From the human T2T-CHM13v2.0 reference genome, Homo sapiens, in NCBI RefSeq assembly GCF_009914755.1, contig NC_060928.1: a DNA stretch of 64,000 nt, one strand, 5' to 3'. A program made the translations under genes and the position numbers. The notes under the pieces were generated by a model. That model was given only the letters and a program-made list of their open reading frames with translations, was not told the DNA's origin and did not search any database. Positions 13,802-28,979 of this stretch are shown in pieces. Every line of letters starts with the position of its first letter. Position 1 is the first letter of the stretch.

Positions 13802-14660
13802 TGGAAACCAAAAACAAAATTTGAAGCACCCCAACTGACCGATGGACCGCCCCCTCCTCAGTCAAGGGCATTCCAGAGAAACCTGAAAAACTCGTTCAGG
13901 TCGTGATGGGAAAGGGGACATGCTTCATTACACCTTCCTCTCTCTGGAATTCAGGCACAACTGACCAGCGTAAACATTAAAACAGAGATCTTAAGACTGC
14001 CAAAACAGATCTCAAATTCCAGCCTAACTGTAGTCTGACATCACTTGACATAGCAGGCCCTGAAAGAAATTGAAGTATTTTACCACAAAATATATTTCTT
14101 TGGCATATTTTGAAATGGCCCTGGAAAGCTGTCTCTTATGGGGAAAATCTACTTTCTCTAAAGAATCCTCTTCACTTTCCAGATCTTTTCCTTGAACCAG
14201 GAGAGAATTAACTAAGAGTCTGGCACATTTTTTGTTAGGTCTGATAAGATCTCTGAAGCCTGCTACCTGGAGGCCTCATCTGCATGATAAAAACCTTGGT
14301 CTTCACCCAGGTTATGACCTTGTCTTAACCTACACACTTATTTCTATTGATTCCAGATCTTTAGATAATAACGCTTTCAACTAATTGCCACTCAGAAAAT
14401 ATTTGAATCCACCTATGACTTGCAACCTCCCCTCCACCTTCAAGTTGTCCCACCTTTCCAGACCAAACCAATGTACACCTTACATATATTGATTGATGTC
14501 TTATGTCTCCCTAAAATGTATAAAGCAAGCTATAGCCCCGACCACCTTGAGCACGTGTTCTCAGGACCTCCTGGGGTTGTGTCATGGGTCGTGGTCCTCA
14601 CATCTGGCTCAGAATAAATCTCTTTAAATGTTTTACGGAGATTGATTCTTTTTGCTGACA
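13802..14660 (+). mobile_element. MER4-group (ERV1; MER4D/E-like) solo LTR
   Basis: Begins TG.AAACCAAAAA.AAAATT and contains CAAGGGCATTCCA...ACCTGAAAAACT.GTTCAGG. AATAAA at 14613; ends ...GACA. Confidence 0.8.
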
Positions 14661-15295
14661 CTAATATTTAGATTCTTTCTGTTGTTCTAGCACATTCTGC
14701 ATGAATTAAACATAAACCCTGTTCCCTAGTACAGAACAAGAGCAAACTGCTTTCTTTAGGCCACAAGTAACTTAGATCAGTTAAGGGGAAAATGGGGGAG
14801 AGAGGAGGACATTGGCTTCTGCCACCAGCAGCCTGTGTGACCTTGCCCAAGGTCACAACTCTGTGGGGTTAGTTCCCCTTCCCTGAAATAGGTGTAGGGA
14901 GGGACTCCTTGACAGTTTCTGGTTTTTTTCGTCTCTCAGAGTGCAATGAAGAATTTCTTCATGGCTAAGGCTGTTAGACTCCAGAAAATAGTTTGCCAAC
15001 CAAAGACACAGAGTTTCCAATTTTGGAATACTTTAAAAATAGGAAGGAAGTTTATTTGTTTAGCAGAATTTATAATTGTAGGACTGCCCAAGGCAGAGAA
15101 TTAGCCAAGTGGTATTTTGCGGAAGTTCTTTTTAAAGGGTGGGCCCAAAGGAAACCAGTCATTAGGTGGAAATAAACTGTCAGATTTTTGAGACGTTATT
15201 TGCTTAGGGACATTTACACTGGTCTATTGTGACAGTCTCTATTGTGTTAGGCTTTTAAAAGAAATATGTAAGTTTCCAAGTTTAAAATGTTAGAG

Positions 15296-15500
15296 CAAGT
15301 GTCCAGTCCACGGCCTGTGGGCTACATACAGGCCAGGATGGTTTTGAATGTGGCCCAAAAAAGATTCATCAACTTTCTTAAAACATTGAGTTTTTTTTTT
15401 TTAAGCTAATCAACTATCATTAGTGTTAATGTATTTTATGTGTGGGCCAAGACAATTCTTCCAGTGTGGCCCAGGGAAGCCAAAAGATTGGATACCCCTG
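15296..15500 (-). mobile_element. MER30 (hAT-Charlie MITE)
   Basis: Ends GTGGCCCAGGGAAGCCAAAAGATTGGATACCCCTG; inverse homologue of 53087-53626. Confidence 0.85.
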
Positions 15501-16969
15501 TATTAGAACTTGTAAAATTTGACTTCAGAAACACAACCAAAAGCCCGCTTATGAGTAAGGAGTTTGTGGCCCCTTGTGTACTGATTATTAATCAATTAAT
15601 TGTATAATAAGCATGAAATATTGCTAGTACATCTAAGGCCAAAGCCTTCTTACGGTTCCAGAAAAAGCTGTATTCCTGAATTTCCAGGTGAAGGGAAGGG
15701 ATTCTCCTTCCATTTCCAGAAATATGTGAATATAATACATAGGGATTTTTATCACACTAGTGTTTCAGTAAAAGCAGCCCTTCAAGTCTGTGCCATCCAG
15801 TTTTGGTGTAACTGAAAGAACATCGTACCAAAGTTTGATTTTTGTCAATTCTCTAGTGTGTTAATCAGCTGAGAATGTGGTCTCTGGATATTTTTCCCCA
15901 AGGAAAGAGCTGGATGTACTAGACCACCAGACCACACAACTCTGTATTTGTTTTGCAATAACTACACTATTTGGGGGAGTAGTGTGGTGTTTCCAGACGT
16001 TCTTGGTCAAGAAATCTGGCCGCTTCAAGCTCAGTGTTGATCACAATCTATTTCTTTTGCCTCTACTCTGTGGCAGGCACTTGAGACACAACTGCCAAGA
16101 TGAGAGAGACCCAGCTGCTGACCTGGGGCGGGGGTGGGTGGGGGGAAGGTGGTGAAGGCAGTCACAGAGTCAGCCTGCCAGAAAGCAGGTGGGGAACTGT
16201 AAACCTCTGAGTAGCCCCTTGGTATACAGAGGTAATAATTTCCCAAATGTAGTAAATCCCACTTTACAACCTCACGGTTAATTTTGATCAGGGATAAGTA
16301 GAACTGACTATACACTGTTAACTTAGATATTGTCCTTCTCAAAAACATCATTTTTATTCTGGGTGCCAGAGATTTGGCTTGGGTGTGGGTGTTAAGAACA
16401 GTCCACAGTGTCCTGGAGTACCTCTCCGCTGATCTGGGGGCTCTTTAAACCTCTCTAACAAGTTTTTGTGCTAATCCTGACTGAGTAGATGGAGGCAGTG
16501 GAGCCCAGCTGGCCTGTCACTATGGGGCAGAGGGTGACTCTACCCTCAAGCCCTGCATGAAGACCCCAGGGTGGGCACCACAGCCCTTTACAGTCACTTA
16601 GCACCTGCTGCTGAACACGAGCATGCAGACCTGGTAAGGCTTGTGAGTTTCAGAGAATTCCTGCAAGTCCCTGGAAATGTGGGCACTGGCAGCTCTTCTC
16701 TCTTTTTTTTTTTTTTTAAATTTAGTGGGCTTAGAGGTTTTAGCCTAATAAGGAAATTTTACACCGGACGATTTTATCCCAAATAAAAGCAAATCATAGG
16801 GACCCAGTGTTGCCTAAAAAACCAGTCCTTACTGGGGAGGTCTAGTTGTGTCTAGCCTGGCTCTGTGACCAGATGCCAGCCATTCCAGCCTCCTGTGGCT
16901 GCATTTCATCCCGAAAGTGAATAAGGTGAGTGAGTGATTCAAAGGTCCCATCCAGGGGGTGACAAAGAA

Positions 16970-18175
<1,206 letters not shown>

Positions 18176-18537
18176 TGGTGATTCTTTAAATAGGTGATTG
18201 GAAATGTTAGCGAAGTTTAGGAAAGAATTCAGAGCTGGAAATGTAGAGAAAGAAACCATCTTTCTTAGTTTTTGGGGAGTAGATGCCATCCTGAGAGAGA
18301 GGGAGAGACAGAGAGAGAGAATCAGAACACTATGAAGAATCTTTTTTAAGATGTCTGTGAAATGAAAGATTTTACTAAATACATTCTAAAGGAGAGAATT
18401 ACATTAGTAAGATTTCATTACCCTGCGCCTCCCCTTAAGGCTGATCTTTATTTTTTTCCTCTTGTAACTAAATCAAGATGAAGCCTTGCTTTTGAAAATG
18501 TCATTAGGATTCAGAGACTACAATTCCCACTTGGTAG

Positions 18538-19080
<543 letters not shown>

Positions 19081-19314
19081 TGAAAATGAAGTCAGCACTT
19101 CCCAGAAGTTGAGAGGCCTGAAGGGGGAGTAAAAACCGATTTCAAATCCTGCCTGGAGGGAACCTGCTCAGGAGGTCCTGGAAGGTGGAGGCAGGCTCTC
19201 ATCGCCTGTCTTTATTAAATAAAGCCCTAAAGCCCTAGACTGTGGTGCTCGAAACTTTTTAAGGGATGCCTGACTCCTCAAGAAGTCTGTACCATTTGAA
19301 TGAGCTCTAGTTGA

Positions 19315-19615
<301 letters not shown>

Positions 19616-20522
19616 TCTTTCTTTCCCATTTTTGAGAAGAGTGGAGCTAATGCCTCTTTCCTGCGACAGATTTCTACCCAAGCCAAAGGCATTTTTGTCT
19701 TCTTCCCCCAGCCCTCTGTTCATGCATTTTATGACCCTTGTTGCTGCTGCTTTTAAAGTGTCCTAAAACCAAAAATGAAACTTGCCGTGTGACCTGATCA
19801 GCAAGAAGGAGGGTGAGGCTGTGACCCCTCTCTTAGTGTGAGGATGACATTTCTCCTAATGCCCTAGGCTTTTTGTTCCTTTTCATTCTTTTGTTCTCCA
19901 GGCCATTCTGCTGGCTTATTTTGGGCTTACAGTCAATTACAATCCTTAAATCTTTTTCACATGAACTTTTGGCAAGCTGGGACTAACTCCATGGGTGATT
20001 AGAGCTGAGGGCTTCTTTTTTGTTTTTTTGCAACTTACGTACTTAACCTGTATCACCATGTTCTTGATGTTGGCATTTTTTTGGTTTTGTTTTGTGGGTA
20101 TTTTTTTATTTTTGTATTTTCATCCTATTAGCCAATTTATTTTTGTAGAATAGTAGAATTTGGAACTAGAAGTGATTTTAAGAGTACTGCAGTTTGTTTC
20201 CTTCGATACTGACACAACAGCCCTCGGGAAACTGACCTGGAGCGATGGGTGCTAAAAGGAGATGAGATTTTCTTCCTTATATGCTAGGAGCCTGGACAGA
20301 TAAAGGTGTAAACAAAAATGTTAGCAGAGGGTTAGGCACTGGCTACGAATTCAGACTTGGAAACTTCGTTGTCTGTGCAACTTCATACTGTTTCATTCTT
20401 GTCCTGTATAGTATTTCTTTGATTTCCTTCATCTGTAAAAGCAGGAAGAAAATATTTGCCACTCAGTTCTGTTTTTTAGGTATCAAATGCTAGGATACAA
20501 CCTGAGGTTTCTTTCCCCGCCC

Positions 20523-21337
20523 CCTCACAAAGTATAGATCATTTGTTTTCCTTCCAGCCCTGGGCTCAGTACACAGATGGTTTCTCTTCACCTTTTGGGT
20601 TGCGGTTTTCTCCAGGTTGGTGCTGATGATATGATAAAGCTCAGCACAGAAGGCCTTCAGGTCCAGTACCCTGGCCTTGACCTCCCCATAGGCTGTCTTA
20701 TCTCACTTTTGCACCAACGCCTGGTAATCCATTACATGGGTCTCCTTGGAGGCCTTGGCCACAGCATCCCCGTGTTCTGAGAAGTATTTGGAAATGGTTG
20801 TCTGGACGGCTTGCACTTTGGTCTTAACTGCATTCACCCTCTCCAGCACCTTCTCCTGGATTGCTACCCCAAATCATTTGCATCCTCAGTCTTGGGGATC
20901 AGGTGCTGGATCCATGTGATCACCAGAATGCATTTCTCTTTGAGAATCCAGACTTCTGGCTTAACCATGGCAAGCAGCGACAGGACCTTCTCATTCCCAG
21001 GGAGAAATCCACACTCAAGGACTTCTTTCTTCTCTTGCCTCTCTGTTTCTACCTCATCCTTGGGTGGGGGTTCTGGGATGGGGATGTCCAGTGGGGCCCG
21101 GAGGGAGGTCAGGCAGCTACAATGAGGGAATCCTTTTGCAAGGCCTATGTGGGTATATGATTTTCTGTGGCAAGAATCTGTAGAGGAATTCCTTGGCTTC
21201 TTGGAAAAGCTCTTGCCTGAAGACATGTACCTGGGTGTGGGCCTCCCTGCTCAGGCACCCACCACAAGGCTTGGCCGTGCAGCTTCAGTTGCTGGATCTC
21301 TGGTCTTCTGGCCAGTCGCCCGGGCTTTCGCATTCAC
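20523..21337 (-). pseudogene. PSME2P4: Processed pseudogene of PSME2 (PA28-beta)
   Basis: Intronless match ([20 protein letters not shown]...[40 protein letters not shown]...GEEKPSVY*). CDS remnant 21278->20566 with the start mutated to ACG and several frameshifts; both UTRs retained. The P4 number is from recall. Confidence 0.93.
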
Positions 21338-24037
21338 AGCCTGACTGTTATAAATATATATTGAAGTTATCTAACATTTATAACTCCGAGAATGCCAAGG
21401 AGCAATGAATAGTATTGTTATTGTTACCCTTGGTATTGTGTGCAGTCTAAAATATATAAAGTGGAAAATGGATTAAACTGCTTTTAACTAACATCCTTTA
21501 TTGGCAAAAGTTCTGATTTGCCTGTTGATCAAAGTTAAAGAAAGGGAGTGGTTACTTGGTGAGTGTAGTTGATTTCAAGAACTGAAATGGTATGAGAGGA
21601 AAACCTGTTTCTACCGCTGATCAGAATGAAGATCTGGGTTCTTGAACACATGTGATAAGTTTTACTCAAGAATGCAGTTAGTGCTGTAAAGCTAGTCTGG
21701 CATATTTTAAAATTGTAAATAATTGATAGTTATAACACATGCTCAGAGCCCTTTCCTGTGATTGAGCCTGGCACTCATGAATTAGTGTAATTTTTCTGTT
21801 CATTTGGAAATGTGTAAATTTCTATTCATTTGGAAATGACCATGGACCTCAAAGATGGTGACAGGGCTGTGGCTGGGCCACACTGTACATTTGTGCAAGT
21901 TGCGGGCTGCACAAAGGCACCCAGCCAGTGGCACAAGCAAGGACTGAGATCCAACCCACACTTGGCTTACCAAAGTCTGCCACCCATGGGTTTTTGTCTG
22001 TGAGGGGGAGAACAGGGGTTTGGCTTTTTAAGATTTGGACAAAGGCACTGTATATTTGAGGCATAGCCTATACTATGAAATATTTTGTTTTTAAAAAATT
22101 AATTTTGGTGCTGTCAAGGTGATTCCGTACTGTGTCCACATATGTAATAATTTGAATCACATTTATTTTACTGCAATTCCTGAGAAGGAACAAGAGTATT
22201 TATCTGGTTAACACGCTAATGGTTTATCTAAACTCAAGCTTGAACCATTAGCTTCACGAGACAGACCAGTGCTTAGTATTATCACAATTTTAATTTAAGC
22301 TACAAATCTTCATCTTAGATAATTATCTATGCAAATGCAGGGGCAGTCTTTTGAATATTGCTTTTAGACTGCCATCTAAAGTTTTTGGTTTCTGGGGTTT
22401 ATTTGGAAGTTTGTTTTTGTACTGTATTGTGCTTCCTGACTTAAAGGCTTTTGTGTGTTATGTCGTGAAGCATTTGGGGGCACTTAGAACTGTATGCCGT
22501 TTCACTTGTACATTAAAAGAGTTTATCCTAAGATGAAGATTTTTTTCTTCTTTCCAAATGATTTTGCCCCTAGAAGTTTTTACCTAGTAGCAGTAGATGG
22601 TAACTTTGAAAAGACTAAAGTTTAAGAAAAATGTACTTTTAAAAAAATTAAAAATAACCTTTTTTATGATTACAAAAATACATATATATGAAAAATAACA
22701 TACTGATAAGCCCAAATACATATTCCTACCACCCAGAGACCACCACACGTAGTCCCTTCCAGATCTGTTTTATTAATAAGCACTATTGAAAATTCTGTCT
22801 CTTTTGCTGGAAATAAGTAGAAGAAATAACAGCTGTTCATATACATTTACTTTTTTTTTTTTTAAAAGAGAATTTTTTGCCAGAATGCCAGAGTAGACTG
22901 AGGGTGGATGGGCGAGGGGATTATTCTCTGAGGTGCAGCACACCCTGGTTTCACTGTCTGCACAGTTCCCACTTTTTGTTCAGGGATAAGATGTCTTTGA
23001 GAAGAGAAAACCCATGTGAGTAAATATTGAGTTGTAATCTGTATTCGGATTTCTGGATTTTTTTTGGTCACAGTGGTTCTGCCATCTAGCCACTGAACCC
23101 TCCCAACCTTTCCCCGTCCTCAGCCCTCATCTGTCACGTTCAGTTACCACTTCTTGCCAGCTTTACCTTCTAGATAGTTCTTGACTTCATCCTCTCCTCT
23201 CCATTTGTATTGCCACTGCCCTAGGTGAGATCGTCACTTCTCTCTCCTCAGTTGCTTGTCTCTTCCTTCATCAGTGATGTATTCACTCTGGGTGTGAGGG
23301 GCAGCACCAGGCACTGGGTTACAAGACCCCTGTCTCCAGCGACTGTCTTCTTGAGGACGAAGGCAGGTGAATGAGCCATTGCCACTTCATCCTTCTGCCT
23401 GTCATCCTTCCTCTGCTGTTATGTCCATCAAGCCCATTCTCTCCCCAGCAGCCCTGGTGATCCGTTGGAAATGCAAACCTGGCCAAGTCCCCACCTCGCA
23501 GTCCTCAGCTGTCTCAGTCTCAGCTGTTTGCTGGCAGCTGGGTCGGGCTGTCCTGGGCCTCCTCCACACCTCCCTCCTCGTCTGCCTCCCCTGACCAACC
23601 GGGCCTCCTTGCTCTTAGGTGGTTTTCTCTGTCCCTCCCCTCCTGACCTCCCCTCTTTGCACGTGGTCAGTCTCCTTGCCTCTGTTGCCTTGTTTTCTAA
23701 ATCATGTTACCTGTCTGTCCCCACTCTTCAGCCCAGCGCACAGCACAGTTTCTGACTTGATAGTCTGCCTTCTGTAAAACGGGAATGAGGGTGTGTTCTT
23801 CAGAGTGTTGGTGTGAGGATTAAATGAGATGTAATCCACTGAAAGCATGGCCTCTGGCACACAGTGGGCCTGATAAGTGGTATTGATGCCTGAGATATTG
23901 TATTAACTTAAATGACCAGGTTGAAGAGAAGGTGTCAGAAATTTACGTTCCTCCATGTGTATTTGATTATATAAAATACTGTTGGTCACACTTTCCCTAC
24001 GTCATATTAGGTAAAGTTAGAAAGTGAAGGCTTTTCC

Positions 24038-24350
24038 ACTGGGCACGGTGGCTCTCGCCTGTAATCCCAGCACTTTGGGAAGCCAAAGCAGGTGGATCAC
24101 TTGGGAACTCAGGAGTTCAAGACCAGCCTGGCCAACACGGTGAACCCCTGTTTCCACTAAAAATACAAAAATTAGTCGGGTGTGGTGGTGGGCGCCTGTA
24201 ATCCCAGCTACTCTGGAGGCTGAAGCAGGAGAATCGCTTGAACCCGGAGGCAGACGTTAGTTACAGTGAGCTGAGATCAAGCCACTGCACTCCAGCCTGG
24301 GTGAGTGAGACTCCGTCTCAAAACAAACAAAAACAGAAGAAAAAAAGAAA
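24038..24350 (+). mobile_element. Alu (S-type)
   Basis: Full Alu with an A-rich tail. Confidence 0.95.
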
Positions 24351-25428
24351 GTGGAAGGGTTTTATGTTTCTTTCATGTTTAACCTACATGTTGTAGGTAA
24401 AGTTTACCTACAACACTTTGGTGTATTTTCAAGTAAATATATTTAATCGAAGTGAATTACTGTTACATTATGAATTTTACACTTTTAGAGAAACAGAAAC
24501 TGCCTCACACATTAAAGTGTGTGTGTTAAGCAAATACTCTGATGTAGGCCCGCAAAGTACACAGAAACGAATCAAACAGCATCCTGCCCCCAGCGCGTGG
24601 TGTAGGGGAAGGGCTCAGGGCTGTGACAGGTGTTACAGCAGAAGACCAGGTGCCCTCAGGACCTGGGAGAGCAGGCCTGTGGGGGGAGGGAGGGGAGGAG
24701 ACATTTGGGTTGGATCTGGAAGAACCTGCAGACACTAGTGGAGGAGAGTCAGTGGAAGAACATTCTAGAGGAAAGGCTTGCCCACTTGCCTGCAGTGGTT
24801 GTCAGATGTGAGCTGCAACCTAATTAACAGTTTATTGAAATGAGATATCAAAGGTATTTATTGGGTATGCTTTTCTTGTTTTTCCATTGGCAGTGATAAT
24901 ATCAAGTTGACAGTTGAAAATGCTTTTCCATCTGTTTCTGTATTGGACTGAGTTGTTGTATTCCAAGGACTAGCTAGGCAATAAATCACATCAGACTAAA
25001 ATTGAGTACTTGTAACATTTGAAAAGATTATAATGTGCTGGTATTGATGAAGAATTTATACTGTGTAGAAATTAATTCCATTATTCTAACTAATGGACAC
25101 TTGAGTTTTGCCCCATTAGAGTTTGCTCTTCATGTTGATTTTAATTTCTTTGATGACTATAGCGTCTGGCGAGGCTTTCTCATTTTCAAGTGGATTTGTT
25201 TGCATTGGATGGTGGGGCTGGCTTTATTGCATTATTCATATATGCAATACATATGCACCATGGTCCCAAGACATGACTCGTGGTGGTGGTGATTGTATTT
25301 TTGAGATGTAGCTGATACCTCCCATCCTCTGGACTTCTTTGGTTCACATCTTTATTTTCACTAACCAGTAACTGAAAATCTAATATTTTCTTTGATTTTG
25401 AATGTAGTCAGCAAACCCAGTAGCATTA

Positions 25429-25646
25429 CAGATGGAGTATCCCTTATCCGAAATACTTAGGACCAGCAAGTGTTGTAGATTTAGGGCTTTGGAATATTTG
25501 CATTGTACTCACCAGTTGAGCATCCCAAATCTGAAAATCCAAAATGCTCTGATGAGCATTTCCTTTGAGTGTCATGTCGGTGCTCAAAAGTTTCCAATTT
25601 TGGAGCATTTAGATTTTGGATTTTTGGGCTAGGGATCCTCAGCCTG
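25429..25646 (+). mobile_element. Tigger4a/MER46-like non-autonomous DNA transposon
   Basis: Degenerate TIRs CAG.T.GAGTATCCCT / AGGGAT.CTCA.CCTG flanked by TA dinucleotides. Confidence 0.8.
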
Positions 25647-25689
25647 TAGCAGTTCCTGTGACTATAACATCAATAAAATCACAGTACCA

Positions 25690-26835
25690 TGATCTGTTTC
25701 TACACTGAACACTTCTGACATCAGATGTGTCAGAGTTTTCCCCACACCAGCAACCAGTTCTCTGATTCTCTGGTCACCAACTGGGTCTCCAGTGATCAGT
25801 TAAATTCTGACACTAACAACCTGAAGTTAGCACAGACCCCACAAGTTAAGGGCTCAGTCTCACAAGACTGCCCCAAGATACCCACTGACCTGCTATAAAT
25901 CAAGTTCCCACCACCTCCTCCTCAGGGTCAGTCATTTGCTAGAATGGCCCACAGAACTTAGAACACTCTTTACTTACATTTACTGGTTTATTATAAAGAA
26001 TACCACTCAAGGCCGGGTGCGGTGGCTCACGCCTGTAATCCCAGCACTTTGGGAGGCTGAGGCGAGCGGATCACCAGGTCAGGAGATCGAGACCATCCTG
26101 GGTAACACGGTGAAACTCCGTCTCTACTAAAAATACAAAAAGTTAGCCGGGCATGGTGGCGGGCACCTGTAGTCCCAGCTAATCGGGAGGCTGAGGCAGG
26201 AGAACGGCGTGAACCCGGGAGTCAGAGCTTGCAGTGAGCCAAGATTGCGCCACTGGACTCCAGCCTGAGCAACAGAGTAAGACTCCGTCTCAAAAAAAGA
26301 AAGAAAGAAAGAAAGAAAGAATACCACTCAAGAAGAGCCAAATGGAAGAGATACGTAAGGCAAGGTATGGAAGGGGTTTTGGGGTGTTTAGAGCTTCCAT
26401 GCCTCTTTGGGCCTGCCACCTAGCAACACCTCGATAAGTTCATCAACCCAGGAGCTCCCTGAATCCCACCATTTAAGGGTTTTTATGAAGGTTCCAATAT
26501 GTGAGCATAATGGATTAAATAGTTGGCCATTGGTAACTAATTCACCTTTCTCCCCTCCCAGGAGATATAGGTTGGGGAGTAGGGTGTAAATCCCAACCCT
26601 CTAATCACAAAGTTGGTCCCTCTGGCAACCAGTGCCAATCCTAAAGCTATCTAGGACCCAAAAAGAGTCACCTCATTAGCATAAACTCAGGTACAGTTGA
26701 TAGGGGCTTATTATGAGGCATTCCTAATTCCTTATTATAAGGCATTCCTAATATTACCCAGTTCCCTCAGGAAATGCCAAGGGTTTTAGATGCTCTTGTG
26801 TCAAGACCAAATAGTTCTTATTATATCGCGATATC
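25690..26835 (-). mobile_element. MER21-type LTR element interrupted by an AluY
   Basis: MER21 motifs GACCCCACAAGTTAAGGGCTCAGTC.CACAAGACTGCCCC, TTACTTACATTTACTGGTTTATTATAAAG and AGTCACCTCATTAGCATAAACTCAGGT. Confidence 0.75.
26011..26320 (+). mobile_element. AluY-like with (GAAA)n tail
   Basis: GGCGTGAACCCGGGA..AGCTTGCAG; TSD AAGAATACCACTCAA. Confidence 0.95.
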
Positions 26836-27859
26836 ATGTCAGTTATTTCCATATGCCTTACAGTTTTATACATCTCTCAAATACTGTATGTGCTCATCAC
26901 TGCTTTAAGTTACAGTAAGTTATTGACTTGCTGCTTGATCTTGTTAAATATGGCAGTAAGCACTTAGTACTATATCATAATTATTTGGATAATTCCCTTT
27001 CAGCATAATTGAATCTTTTGCCATCCCTTGTGTTCTAATTTATGCATTTGAGAACTTTATTCTTCAGGGTCCATAGGCTTCACCAGGCTGTGAGAGGGGT
27101 CTGTGGCACGAAAAGTTTAAGAATCTCTGCTTCAGTCCCTGGGATGTGCTTGAGAGAGAGCATTCCTGCATTCGTTCAGGATTGGTAGGAATGTGGGGTG
27201 TGTGATTGAGATGCTGTCTCTCACCTAAGACTAATCCCATATAGTCAGCAGCACACAATTTAACAAAACCTCAGTCGCTCTTGGGGGCATTGTAATATAT
27301 ACCCACCATAAAAAAGAAAGGGTTAAACTACATTCTCTGTAGGCTTTGAAAAAATATACTAAGCAGTTCCCATCCAAAAATATTTAAAATAAAAATAGCC
27401 AGACACAAAGTCTTCAGCTGTCTAGAAAAATCTTATAATACAAAAGGAATTACTCCCCGTGTTTCTGGTTTATTATTTTTACAGCATCTGTTTCTTCTGC
27501 AAATATTTGTTGTATGCCCACTATGCTCAGGCATTGTGTTGGAGATTTACAGATTTATGGTGGTTTTCTCTTCTAAGACCTATTTGAAATATGTCTTTCT
27601 CATTACTTAAAAACTTTGAAGTCATTAGATCGTTTTGCATTGCAATCATTTATACATTGAGCAGACTTATTGAATACTTGCAGTATGCCAGACAGTGTAC
27701 TAGGCACTTACTTTGTCCTACATAAGTAGCACAACAGACAGTAATCCTACTCTCTGGGAGCTGACCTTTATTTAGGTGTTTTGTGCTCTGAGGCTTAGAG
27801 GGCTGCCTTGACGTGCCATAAAAACTGCTTGACGCTCTTAAAAATTATGGGTGGCCATT

Positions 27860-28300
27860 ATTTTAGATTGAGCTTCTCTACTGGGCCCCAGCTGAACATA
27901 CCAAACCAAAATGGAGTCACTTATGCTAAAGGTGATGTAATCAAACTGAAATGTTAAGAAAGCAGATGGATCCCAGAACAGACCAGTTTAAGAAAGCAGA
28001 TGGATCCCAGAACAGACCTGAAAACAGGAGATTCCAGTCTACCTGAGTCAGCATAGCAAGGAAGTCCCTTCTGCTTTATTTAGCCCTTACAGAAAAGTAG
28101 CCTGAAGTAACCTGATGTTAACCAGTCAGGTTTTTCTATTCTGTTTCTTTGTTTCCATCTTACAATACCTACTGTTCTGCCATTGCCTGGTGGGAGCTTT
28201 CATTCGATTTGGTAGAATGGAGTCTTCCCTGATGTATGAATTGTGAATAAAATACAATTAGATCTATAACTAAATTTGTTGCAATTGTGTCTTTTGATAC
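27860..28300 (+). mobile_element. ERV1 LTR (MER31/MER67-like)
   Basis: ACCAAACCAAAATGGAGTCAC..ATGCTAA near the 5' end; AATAAA at 28246 followed by TTTGTTG..ATT.TGTCTTTTGA. Subfamily uncertain. Confidence 0.6.
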
Positions 28301-28662
28301 CACTCACAGACCTCGTGTATTTTGTAAGGTAGTGGTTTTCACACTCTGTTCCTGTGGGTGTTTATGATGTCTAGGGCTGGCAGAAGGAAGGAGGGGGACA
28401 TGTTCTGTTTCCTCAGCCCCATTTTAATCAGAACATTCATACTCATATTTGAGATTGCCGGAAAGTTGAGGATGGGGTGAGATGCAGAGTTTTGTTGCCT
28501 ACAGGGTGTTTGGAAATTTGGTCAAAGGTTTGAATATGACTGGCATTATCTATTGCCTGCTGATATTGTAGAAATTATTTTTGTCATTTATTATTCGTTC
28601 TGTACTGAAAGGTAGATGGAAGCTTGTTGCCTCTAGGTACTGATATTTTAATAAAGTTGGCA

Positions 28663-28979
<317 letters not shown>

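Noticed and set aside
20864-21226. 120-aa ORF with PSME2 sequence as a functional retrogene
   Set aside because: Begins out of frame, the parental ATG is lost, and a frameshift truncates it.
23221-23230. Second AG|GTGAGA recursive-site-like motif
   Set aside because: Lies in L2-like degenerate sequence with an interrupted pyrimidine tract.
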